From positions 1 through 30,614 of IMG/VR virus record IMGVR_UViG_2724679239_000009: a stretch of DNA of 30,614 bases; one strand, 5' to 3'. The DNA is from a virus. Lineage: Duplodnaviria > Heunggongvirae > Uroviricota > Caudoviricetes. The translations under genes were made by a program, and so were the position numbers. This document shows, piece by piece, positions 18,915 through 26,784 of the stretch (positions are counted from its first letter, which is position 1; each line of letters starts with the position of its first letter). The notes beneath the pieces are model-generated. The model was not told the origin of the DNA. It saw only the letters and a list, made by a program, of their open reading frames with translations, and searched no databases.

Positions 18915-20021
18915 TCAAACAATCTGGAAAATATTTCTTGGATTTGTAATAGGTCTGTTGATGGAGAACAACTCACGAATTAAATCTTGGCTCAAGCCAG
19001 TTTTCATAAGAATTCTTAGCCAGGTTGCATCATCCAGCATTTCAATCGCCTCGGCCAGCATGCCGGGTTCTTCAGGGCGCAAAAGTTCATCACCAGGTTC
19101 AACTCTCGTATACCCTCTGGAATTAAGATGCATATAGCCAGTTCTTGCCTGTTCCTGGGTCAATAAGCCTAATGCGCTGGCTCGATAAATACACATTTTA
19201 AGGCTGATTTTCCATCTAAGTTTAAATTCAACCAGAGCATTCCAGTCGAATTGCTTACCTCGTATTCGTGGAAATTCTTTAATGAAAGATAACCTGGGAA
19301 CTAATAAGGCGCTCGAAAAGTGATCGGCTTGAGATTCCGTAAGTTTATCACCTGTCGTTATGCCCTCATGCATTACTAAATGCCCTAATTCATGACCTAA
19401 ATCAGAGCGAAATCTACATATGCTTTTTTTAACATTGTTCCTGATGATAACAGGCCTGTTATTGTGAACAGTAAAAGCATCAACACGATCATCGACTCCC
19501 GTAACATGCGCAACGATTACCCCTAAACTCTCCGCCAATTTAACCATTGATGATATAGGGCCAAGACCTAAATTCCAGGCACGGCGACAATCTTCTGCCA
19601 CTCGCTCAATATCATTCGGAGTAAGTAATTCAGCCCCTGGGTGCTCCGGTATGTTAACGTCAGGAAATTCGATTTCACCTTCAACAGCAGAAATTATAAT
19701 ATTAAGAATCTCAGCCCTGGCCAATACACTATTAGTCAGCGTTTGAGTCCTGGACTTCTTACTCCGAAAATGGCAGACATCACTTTCCAGAGCGTATTTT
19801 CGTTCAGTAAAAAGAAAACTGGACTTAATCATAAGCGCTGAAGATATTAACTCAAGACATTGCTCCGATGGCCTGCACCCCTTCTCCAGTTTGCTAACGA
19901 ATTGCTTTGTCTTGCCAATTTTTTCGGCTAACTCTTCACAAGAAAGCCCAACAGCCATTCTCGCTAGTTTGAGCTTATCACCCCGATACTCAGTGAAGTT
20001 ATTCACCTGATGTTCCATCAC
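18915..20021 (-). CDS. Fusion protein: N-terminal Xre-type HTH plus ImmA/IrrE (COG2856-like) zinc metallopeptidase
   Basis: HTH segment LKLARMAVGLSCEELAEKIGKTKQFVSKLEKG; central HEXXH zinc motif (GHELGHLVMHEG). AT-rich codon usage. Start overlaps the upstream gene by 23 nt. Confidence 0.75.
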   Translation of the reverse strand: MMEHQVNNFTEYRGDKLKLARMAVGLSCEELAEKIGKTKQFVSKLEKGCRPSEQCLELISSALMIKSSFLFTERKYALESDVCHFRSKKSRTQTLTNSVLARAEILNIIISAVEGEIEFPDVNIPEHPGAELLTPNDIERVAEDCRRAWNLGLGPISSMVKLAESLGVIVAHVTGVDDRVDAFTVHNNRPVIIRNNVKKSICRFRSDLGHELGHLVMHEGITTGDKLTESQADHFSSALLVPRLSFIKEFPRIRGKQFDWNALVEFKLRWKISLKMCIYRASALGLLTQEQARTGYMHLNSRGYTRVEPGDELLRPEEPGMLAEAIEMLDDATWLRILMKTGLSQDLIRELFSINRPITNPRNIFQIV

Positions 20022-20649
20022 TGCTCACATCCAAATCTTTATCCTTCGTACGCCGACGAAGAGGCACCTTATTAATCTCCGCTTCGTCAGGGAGTGTGTT
20101 ATAATCAAGAGGCATAAGCGGCATCGATGCTGTAGATTGATGAGAAACTATACTAATCTGAGCACCATAAGTATTAAATCCAACAAGAGCTACCTCCCAA
20201 CGAGGCAGTGTGGACTCTAATTCACCATCGCCCTCTTCGGATAAAAAAGGCTCAGCTATGACTCGCCATGTAATATCTTGCTCAGCCTCAACATCACCAA
20301 ACAATGAGAGCTGCTCATACTCTACTTTATTTCGACGCAGACGATGTTTCTTTTTGGGGTTATTAATGCAATCTTTGGTAAATTGTAGCGGAACTTTATT
20401 TAAAGCAACTACATAGTCCAACCCCTTGGAAATCATCTCAAGGCCAGGAATTGCATCTTCATTTTGAATAAGATGATTTCTGACCCAATCATAAGCCCTT
20501 ACACCTTCAGACCAGTTGCTGTCTAATGCGTGCTTATGATAGTACAGCTGCTCAAGTACGTTAGCGATCTCCGCCAACAAGTGGCGAACATAGTTTTCAG
20601 CAAGATAAGGTTGAAATTCCCAACAAGGAGCTAACTGATTTTCATTCAT
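19999..20649 (-). CDS. Hypothetical protein (216 aa), first gene of a two-gene accessory operon
   Basis: ORF with acidic C-terminus and no motif I recognise. A consensus -35 hexamer TTGACA (minus strand, 20708-20713) lies upstream. Confidence 0.6.
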   Translation of the reverse strand: MNENQLAPCWEFQPYLAENYVRHLLAEIANVLEQLYYHKHALDSNWSEGVRAYDWVRNHLIQNEDAIPGLEMISKGLDYVVALNKVPLQFTKDCINNPKKKHRLRRNKVEYEQLSLFGDVEAEQDITWRVIAEPFLSEEGDGELESTLPRWEVALVGFNTYGAQISIVSHQSTASMPLMPLDYNTLPDEAEINKVPLRRRTKDKDLDVSSDGTSGE

Positions 20650-20730
20650 TTCAAGTTTCGCTTTTTTTAGAATTCGTAAACCACATATTTTCGCATTTTT
20701 CTATTTTTGTCAACCAGACTAATGCAAAAA

Positions 20731-20744
20731 CCCGCCGAAGCGGG
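20731..20744 (-). terminator. Intrinsic terminator (minus strand) after the hok gene
   Basis: cccgc-cgaa-gcggg hairpin followed by T-run on the minus strand. Confidence 0.7.
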
Positions 20745-20814
20745 TTAAGTGCGGGTGCGTTGAGGATGCCTGGCACATCAGAGGTGGCGGGAGATTACTC
20801 CCCCGCCGGGTCTC

Positions 20815-20970
20815 TTACTCCTCAGGTTCGTAAGCTGTGAAGACAGCGACCTCCGTCTGGCCGGTTCGGATTCGTACCTCGCAGAGGTCTTTCCTCGTTA
20901 CCAGTGCCGTCACTATGACGGTTAAACAGATGACGATCAGGGCGATTAACATCGCCTTTTGCTGCTTCAT
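20815..20970 (-). CDS. hokD: Hok-family membrane toxin (HokD/RelF-like, 51 aa)
   Basis: Hand translation MKQQKAMLIALIVICLTVIVTALVTRKDLCEVRIRTGQTEVAVFTAYEPEE, with AAGGAG RBS. Matches the Hok family and HokD as I recall it. Too short for the supplied ORF track. Confidence 0.85.
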   Translation of the reverse strand: MKQQKAMLIALIVICLTVIVTALVTRKDLCEVRIRTGQTEVAVFTAYEPEE

Positions 20971-21341
20971 AGCCTGCTTCTCCTTGACCTTTTGGTCCGT
21001 AAGAGGCTAATCTCTATGTGTCGCATAGATATGGCCTCAGATTAATGTTAAGCGTCTTGCAGGACGCGTAATGTTAACTGGGGCTTTTCTCTATCTGCCT
21101 TTTGGTGTTCATGCCTGAGGCAGATAGCCTCAAGCACCCACAGCAATTCTACTTAACTCCCGCCACCTCGCCAATATAAAATCAATCAGAAAGGCGATCC
21201 ATAAGAACAATAGCAAGACAATAAATTGCCACTACAGCCGCAATAGCCAGCGCGCATTTGAGAACCAGCACGATAACCTCCTGTATTGGACGTACACCAG
21301 CTCTGATAAATATGAGGCTGCCTCTTTAACTTCGCATTGCG

Positions 21342-22373
21342 CTACCAATCAATAAAATCAGTGATGTTATCCAACCTAATTACAGTAACTTCCCGTCTCA
21401 ACTGGTTTTTCCAATATATCTCACGAGCGTTTTGTTCACCAGCACCGCTCCACTCAATTACTCTTAAAGGCTTAGAGGTTAGGTAAGGTCGAATAAGCAG
21501 GTTAAGGTGAATATCGAGACCAGAGTAACCAAACAATATTATTTCTTCTGATTCAAATAATGCAAACTGCAAATAATCCCAGTACGTAGAAAGAACATTA
21601 GATGCTGCTATAACTGACGGTTTTCTTTTTATATGAGTTAACACTATATGCTCACTAGGTTCATCTATGTCAAGAGTAAGTTGTGAGCGTGAAAGTTTTA
21701 AAACATTTTCATGCTGATTAATAAATAGTGGTGAACCATGCAAGTGCAAATAATAACCAAACCTACGATTGTATTTCCGTTCGAGCGCTGCAGAGGAAAA
21801 TCCGTGGCTTAGCATCCCATCAACTAAAACCCCATCATACCCGTTGAATATATCATTATCTATGAATGAATTGTATAATAATTTGTCATAGTTTAATGTC
21901 GCGATATGTGAGTGTGTGTTCTTTACAAACTCCACAAGCGCATTTTCGAATCTTTGTGGCAAACCTTTATCGTAATTATGCAACCTGGTTGCAACTTTGT
22001 GAATATAAGTGGCGGTAATTTTGGGGAAGTTTAGTCCATCTTCAGTAAGCCAATGCACGTTCCCCTCTCCAATTTGAGCAAGAGCTTTACAATATGTGAC
22101 AGCCTGGTGAAGGGTATCCAACTCATGTTCTCCTTCTGGTGGACCTTGCCGCTGAAGACAACGCTCGATAAGTTGCTTGTGGATATCTTTTAAAAAATTG
22201 GGGCGATGCCAAATTTCTTCCAACGCTCTGTCTAAGGAGAAGTGAGCAGGATCTAAAGCCATACCGAGACCGTTGCCGAATATTATTAATTTTCTTGCCA
22301 TATAGGGGGACTCATATTGGAATAACGCTGGATAGCGTCGCGCGATACGCTTAAGTTTAGGATTAATAGACAT
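21342..22373 (-). CDS. SIR2-like (SIR2_2 / DHS-like NAD-binding fold) protein, candidate NAD+-consuming defence effector
   Basis: 343 aa. Motifs in the expected order: glycine-rich IIFGNGLGMA near the N-terminus, TLNYDKLL (sirtuin TQNID/TTNYD-like), LHLHGS (catalytic His-Gly), ILFGYSGLD. Strongly AT-rich with an AT-rich 370-bp upstream region. Confidence 0.6.
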   Translation of the reverse strand: MSINPKLKRIARRYPALFQYESPYMARKLIIFGNGLGMALDPAHFSLDRALEEIWHRPNFLKDIHKQLIERCLQRQGPPEGEHELDTLHQAVTYCKALAQIGEGNVHWLTEDGLNFPKITATYIHKVATRLHNYDKGLPQRFENALVEFVKNTHSHIATLNYDKLLYNSFIDNDIFNGYDGVLVDGMLSHGFSSAALERKYNRRFGYYLHLHGSPLFINQHENVLKLSRSQLTLDIDEPSEHIVLTHIKRKPSVIAASNVLSTYWDYLQFALFESEEIILFGYSGLDIHLNLLIRPYLTSKPLRVIEWSGAGEQNAREIYWKNQLRREVTVIRLDNITDFIDW

Positions 22374-22741
22374 TCCGTTTGATTACACTTGTTATTACAA
22401 ACTTGCATGCAAAGAAGCCCAAGCTGTTAGGTAAACAGAGACCGCAGTGGCAAGATAATCTAGATATAGCCTATAAAATCCAACAACAAATAGCGGCCTG
22501 TTTTCTATGACTTTTCTTTTCCCTAAATATCGCTTATCTAATAAAATGCAATAATGTATTGCACAGTATTTAATGTGTATTAATATAGATAAGTATTGGT
22601 CTTATTTGATAACAAATCCTGAGCCTCAAAATGTCTGCTTTTCACACAAAACCAACAAGTAGGCTATTTTTAGCTCTGTGCCGCGAAAATGTCAATTCAT
22701 ATCCGAACCAATACTCTTTAATTTCATTACCTGTGACAATT

Positions 22742-23149
22742 CTAGGCATATCCCTGATAGAACGCCAATACACGCTGCATAACTTCGCTCTTCCGGCACT
22801 CGCGACAGATTATGTTCATACGCCTGTCGTAGCGGCGTATTTCTCCGTCGGGTAATGTCCAGATAAGGCCCGGATCAACCACAACAGGTTTCTTCACCTT
22901 TGCCCTCGAGAGTTTTTTGCGGGCGTTTTGCCAGTCCTTACGAGCCCGTTCTGACGGGAACACCCCATAGCCAGAGTGATATACATCACCACTGGCAACC
23001 AGCTCTCTGGCAAGAACGCTCATCAGATATCTTGTCGCACCTGTTTTAGCTTCCAGTTGCCGTAACGTCTCACGACCGCTCTGGCGCACGAGTTCCACCA
23101 CCTGTCCTTTAATTTTTTCCCGCTCTTCCTGTGTAAATACTTTTGCCAT
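22742..23149 (-). CDS. Ren-like protein
   Basis: The C-terminus ...ICRECRKSEVMQRVLAFYQGYA resembles the lambda Ren C-terminus as I recall it, and the gene follows the replication gene as ren does in lambda. Confidence 0.45.
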   Translation of the reverse strand: MAKVFTQEEREKIKGQVVELVRQSGRETLRQLEAKTGATRYLMSVLARELVASGDVYHSGYGVFPSERARKDWQNARKKLSRAKVKKPVVVDPGLIWTLPDGEIRRYDRRMNIICRECRKSEVMQRVLAFYQGYA

Positions 23150-23189
23150 AAGTCCTCCTGAACATTACTTTATGCCCTAAAATCACCAC

Positions 23190-24155
23190 TTATCCCCTGA
23201 AACCAGGCGGAATTTCGGTATCCGGTTCAGAAATATGATTCACACAACACTGTACAGGTGAACGCCCCAGGCGGATGACCAGGTCGTCCCATTTTTCGCG
23301 AAGCTTTGACGGGCTCATGATGTTTTTTACCCAGAATGGATCTCGCTGTACCCGACCAAACATTTCGCAAATTTGTCTGTGGCTTCTGCCATCCAGCATC
23401 CGCATTGTGCGCACGTCATTGGCCCATGCGGTCCAGTTTGGTTCTTTCGGTCGCGTGATCTCGCCATCATCGCTGGCAGCCTGCTCGTAAAGACTCACGA
23501 TTCGTCCCCAGATCCACTGTGCGCACGCCAAATCTTCCTGACTTCCCCACTGGCGTTTTTTCGCACTGAACACAACCGCGTCAGGGTGTCGGGTTAAAAA
23601 ATCCTGTTCAGCCGTCTGCGGGTCCGGTTGCGAAGCTTCCGGACGAGAAGTGTTTTTATTCTCTGTAGTAATCTCTGTTGTATTCTCTGTAAGATCATCA
23701 GGCCATTTTGACCCGATGACATTGGGTCGTTTTGAACCAATGGAGCGTGCCATTTTGACCTCTTCCATCGTGTCATTTTGACCCGATGGAGCGGCGCATT
23801 TTGACCTGATGGATTCGCTCACTTTGCCACCATCTAAAAGCTCACTCTCGTAATTAATCGTGTAAAAATTAGTCATATCACGCTTTGATTTGTTGAGCTT
23901 TTCGCAACGCAAAAGCCCCAGCGTTTTCAGACTTGCAAATGCGCGTTTTAACGTTGACTCTGACCAGAACGGGAACTGTTCCAGCCATTGTTCTGTTGTG
24001 TTATAAATCCAGCGAACCCCGTCACATTCCATACCGGAACTGGTATCTCTCAACCAGTAATGCAACTGCTGCAACACAATGGCTTCATTTAAGCCAATCT
24101 TCATCGCAAGCTGTGTGTTTATAACCAGTGGGCGTTCAGCAAAAAGAAGGCTCAT
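23190..24155 (-). CDS. Replication initiator (O-like replisome organiser) with internal origin iterons
   Basis: N-terminal DNA-binding-like region, low-complexity linker (ENTTEITTENKNTSRPEASQPDPQ), and an iteron array inside the coding sequence. Start placed at MSLLFAERP (24155) to avoid a 74-nt overlap; 24209 is the alternative. Confidence 0.65.
   Translation of the reverse strand: MSLLFAERPLVINTQLAMKIGLNEAIVLQQLHYWLRDTSSGMECDGVRWIYNTTEQWLEQFPFWSESTLKRAFASLKTLGLLRCEKLNKSKRDMTNFYTINYESELLDGGKVSESIRSKCAAPSGQNDTMEEVKMARSIGSKRPNVIGSKWPDDLTENTTEITTENKNTSRPEASQPDPQTAEQDFLTRHPDAVVFSAKKRQWGSQEDLACAQWIWGRIVSLYEQAASDDGEITRPKEPNWTAWANDVRTMRMLDGRSHRQICEMFGRVQRDPFWVKNIMSPSKLREKWDDLVIRLGRSPVQCCVNHISEPDTEIPPGFRG
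23704..23813. repeat. Origin-type iterons: five copies of CATTTTGACC(N)GATGGA-like repeats at 23-24 bp spacing
   Basis: Copies start at 23704, 23728 (degenerate), 23751, 23774, 23797. They are followed at 23660-23694 by three TCTCTGT repeats at 12-bp spacing. Confidence 0.8.
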
Positions 24156-24657
24156 AATTCCATCCAGCTTTTTGTTGGTATTGCTGACGATACGCATGCT
24201 TGAAAGCAATAGCTTTTTCTATAAGCTCGTCAGTCTCACGTTCCACAACAGATGGATCCGCAAAAAGCAGCCCGGACTCCACCACATCACCATATTCTTT
24301 GTTTAACCCGGCGATCATGTACGTAATGCTTTTTCCGTCAGTAATTTCACAATACAACCTGAAATCGCTGATCCGGATAGCCTCCATAATTGCCGGAATC
24401 AGCGCCGTGAATTTTTCCCGCTTATCCCTGGTGTCGATAGCTTTCCAGCGTTCGAATATCTTCACCCGGTTAACGCCCAACGCCCGTTGATCAACCTCGC
24501 CATCATTAAACGTGACGCGTTGAACATCGATGTTCGGGCGTTCTTTCAGAGCCCAGAATGCTTCCGTGATTAATATCGTCGCCTGCTCCTGTGTCATTCC
24601 TGGTCGGCATACCCAGGCATCCAGAGCCTCACAAACCTGTTCAGGGGTGATTTTCAT
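24136..24657 (-). CDS. YdaT-like / cII-position protein (173 aa)
   Basis: Sits between the cro-like dicC and the replication initiator. The family call is tentative. Confidence 0.4.
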   Translation of the reverse strand: MKITPEQVCEALDAWVCRPGMTQEQATILITEAFWALKERPNIDVQRVTFNDGEVDQRALGVNRVKIFERWKAIDTRDKREKFTALIPAIMEAIRISDFRLYCEITDGKSITYMIAGLNKEYGDVVESGLLFADPSVVERETDELIEKAIAFKHAYRQQYQQKAGWNYEPSFC

Positions 24658-24871
24658 TGTTCAACCGCCCCGCCCGCTTTGCCTTACGATATTCGTCATA
24701 AACTTTGGGGTCGTACTGAAGTTCCCCGCCGGATGCATCTTGCAGGCGCATCGCGCGACCTTCAGGTACTAGCACCCCTTTCCAGCTATAAAGCGAAGCC
24801 AAACGAATACCAGCAGCTTGTGCAAGTTTTGTTTTTGAACCGAAATACAAAAGTGCGTCAGTTTTAAGCAT
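24641..24871 (-). CDS. dicC: DicC-like Cro-type regulator
   Basis: 76 aa, MLKTDALLYFGSKTKLAQAAGIRLASLYSWKG..., divergent from dicA. Recognised as Qin DicC-like. Confidence 0.8.
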   Translation of the reverse strand: MLKTDALLYFGSKTKLAQAAGIRLASLYSWKGVLVPEGRAMRLQDASGGELQYDPKVYDEYRKAKRAGRLNNENHP

Positions 24872-24886
24872 TTAAAGCACCTTAAT

Positions 24887-24904
24887 TGTTAGCCATAACT
24901 AACA
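24887..24904. promoter_or_regulatory. Operator-like palindrome TGTTAGCCATAACTAACA in the dicA-dicC divergent promoter region
   Basis: Near-perfect 18-bp palindrome. Related copies TGTTAGCTATGAC (25398) and TGTTAGCCATGAC (25432) lie downstream of dicA, and TTAGCATTAGCTAA is at 24939-24952. Confidence 0.6.
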
Positions 24905-24954
24905 GAATGGATGTTAACAAAAACATAGTCAATAAGATTTAGCATTAGCTAACT

Positions 24955-25362
24955 ATGGATACAAAAAATTTAACCATTGGCGAACGCATTAGATATCGCC
25001 GAAAAAACCTCAAATACACCCAAAGGTCTCTTGCTAAAGCCCTGAAAATTTCTCATGTATCGGTTTCACAATGGGAACGGGATGATAGCGAACCTACAGG
25101 AAAGAATCTTTTTGCCCTCAGCAAAGTACTGCAGTGCTCGCCAACATGGATTCTATTTGGCGATGAAGACAAGCAGCCATCACCACCTATTGAGGAGCCA
25201 GTTGCTCTATCCCCCAAAGAACATGAGCTCCTTGAGCTTTTTAATGCATTGCCTGAATCAGAACAGGATGCTCAGCTCACCGAGATGCGCGCCCGAGTAA
25301 AAAATTTCAACAAACTCTTTGAAGAGTTATTAAAAGCCCGTCAACGAACAAACAAAAGATAA
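24955..25362 (+). CDS. dicA: DicA-like repressor (Xre-HTH, no S24 peptidase domain)
   Basis: MDTKNLTIGERIRYRRKNLKYTQRSLAKALKISHVSVSQWERDDSEPTGKNLFALSKVLQCSPTWILFGDED... matches Qin DicA as I recall it. Confidence 0.85.
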   Translation: MDTKNLTIGERIRYRRKNLKYTQRSLAKALKISHVSVSQWERDDSEPTGKNLFALSKVLQCSPTWILFGDEDKQPSPPIEEPVALSPKEHELLELFNALPESEQDAQLTEMRARVKNFNKLFEELLKARQRTNKR

Positions 25363-25397
25363 CGCAATCAATGCGTTATCTTTTTGGCCGCTCAGAA

Positions 25398-25447
25398 TGT
25401 TAGCTATGACAAACAAAATACTTGACCAAATTGTTAGCCATGACTAA
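25398..25447. promoter_or_regulatory. Two operator-like TGTTAGCYATGAC sites downstream of dicA (candidate PdicB control region)
   Basis: Direct copies of the motif found between dicA and dicC. Confidence 0.5.
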
Positions 25448-25527
25448 TTTTGCTTACATCAAGACACCGCACGGTGTTCTCAGCAAACAGTTCCGCTACC
25501 CCGGCGTTAAGGGGAAATGAGGTCAGC

Positions 25528-25680
25528 ATGGATACTATCGATCTTGGCAACAACGAATCTCTGGTGTGCGGCGTGTTCCCAAACCAGGACGGTACGTTCA
25601 CCGCAATGACGTATACCAAAAGCAAAACGCTTAAAACCGAATCTGGCGCGCGTCGCTGGTTAGCCAGAAACACTGACTGA
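25528..25680 (+). CDS. ydfA: YdfA-like small protein (50 aa)
   Basis: MDTIDLGNNESLVCGVFPNQDGTFTAMTYTKSKTLKTESGARRWLARNTD; first gene after dicA, as in the Qin dicB operon. Start taken at the internal Met of the listed ORF. Confidence 0.6.
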   Translation: MDTIDLGNNESLVCGVFPNQDGTFTAMTYTKSKTLKTESGARRWLARNTD

Positions 25681-26066
25681 TGAGGTTGACGATGGAATTT
25701 AAAGATTTACCAATACCATTCCAGGAAATGGCAGCGAATATAGTTCGTTCTCAATTGGCTACTCTTGACCTGAGTACCGTAGAAAAAGAAACCATCGATA
25801 ATATATCCGGTAACGTGCGCCGAGCCTTTATCGGGCTATACAAAGAGAAGCAGCTCTCTGATAACCAGGATTTACATGAAAAATACTTTCTGGAATTAAT
25901 GGACATCATTAATAAGGGATTTGGCCTGTTAATGAAAAAGAAAGGGATTCGAATAGACCCCCTTGAAAATCACTTTACAGCAAGCAGTATTAATTCCTGT
26001 GATTTAAAGCATCACACATCCGATGGGAAAGTTGAATCCACCTATAAAATATCAATTAATCATTAA
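25680..26066 (+). CDS. Hypothetical protein (128 aa)
   Basis: Start overlaps the ydfA stop (TGATG). No recognisable motif. Confidence 0.5.
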   Translation: MRLTMEFKDLPIPFQEMAANIVRSQLATLDLSTVEKETIDNISGNVRRAFIGLYKEKQLSDNQDLHEKYFLELMDIINKGFGLLMKKKGIRIDPLENHFTASSINSCDLKHHTSDGKVESTYKISINH

Positions 26067-26370
26067 TTTATTCACGGGTGAGGTAGAGTGCGTGCGCCGG
26101 ACACGGGTGAGCATCCGGCACTGACAGTTTACTGAAAGGATATTTCCCTGAAAAGTCAGACCATAACGCGAAAGCGCACGGCGAGGTAGCTGGTTCATAG
26201 ATAGCCTGTCGTTAAATTTTCGTCGACCGTGCGCTTCCGGTTGTGGCAACCCGCGAAATGGCGCGGCGGTAAGTATGGCGGGGTTATTCCTTCCCCGTTG
26301 AGGACACCGGGTTGTCAGGTTGACCATACGCTTAAGTGACAACCCCGCTGCAACGCCCTCTGTTATCAAT

Positions 26371-26426
26371 TTTCTGGTGACGTTTGGCGGCATCTGTTTG
26401 CCCATGAACTGATGTCCGCCCTTTTT
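26371..26426 (+). ncRNA. dicF: DicF-like small RNA with a divergent central and 3-prime region
   Basis: TTTCTGGTGACGTTTGGCGG matches the DicF 5-prime 20 nt as I recall it. It is followed by stem ggcggcatc...gatgtccgcc and a T5 run. Located upstream of dicB as in Qin. Confidence 0.55.
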
Positions 26427-26595
26427 AAAGTGAATTTTGTGATGCGGTGAATGCGGCTAAGCGCACGCGGAACAGTTAAAGCTAAAAACAGTGTTATGGG
26501 TGGATTCTCTGTATCCGGCGTTAATTGTTAACTGGTTAACGTCACCTGGAGGCACCAGGCACCGCATCACAAAATTCATTGTTGAGGACGCGATA

Positions 26596-26784
26596 ATGGA
26601 AACGTTATTACCAAACGTTAATACGTCTGAAGGTTGTTTTGAAATTGGTGTCACTATCAGCAATCAGATATTTACTGAAGATGCCATTAATAAAAGAAAA
26701 CACGAACAGGAACTGCTAAATAAAATATGCATTGTTTCGATGCTGGCCCGTTTACGTCTGATGCAAACAGGATGCAGGCAATGA
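26596..26784 (+). CDS. dicB: DicB-like cell division inhibitor (62 aa)
   Basis: METLLPNVNTSEGCFEIGVTISNQIFTEDAINKRKHEQELLNKICIVSMLARLRLMQTGCRQ. Start taken at the internal Met of the listed ORF. Confidence 0.8.
   Translation: METLLPNVNTSEGCFEIGVTISNQIFTEDAINKRKHEQELLNKICIVSMLARLRLMQTGCRQ

Noticed and set aside
22631-22855. Plus-strand 74-aa ORF in the AT-rich region upstream of the SIR2-like gene
   Set aside because: Overlaps the 3-prime end of the Ren-like gene on the opposite strand and lies in a likely promoter region; no RBS.
26052-26405. Minus-strand 117-aa ORF antisense to the DicF-like RNA region
   Set aside because: Arg/Pro-rich translation antisense to a structured RNA region; no RBS.
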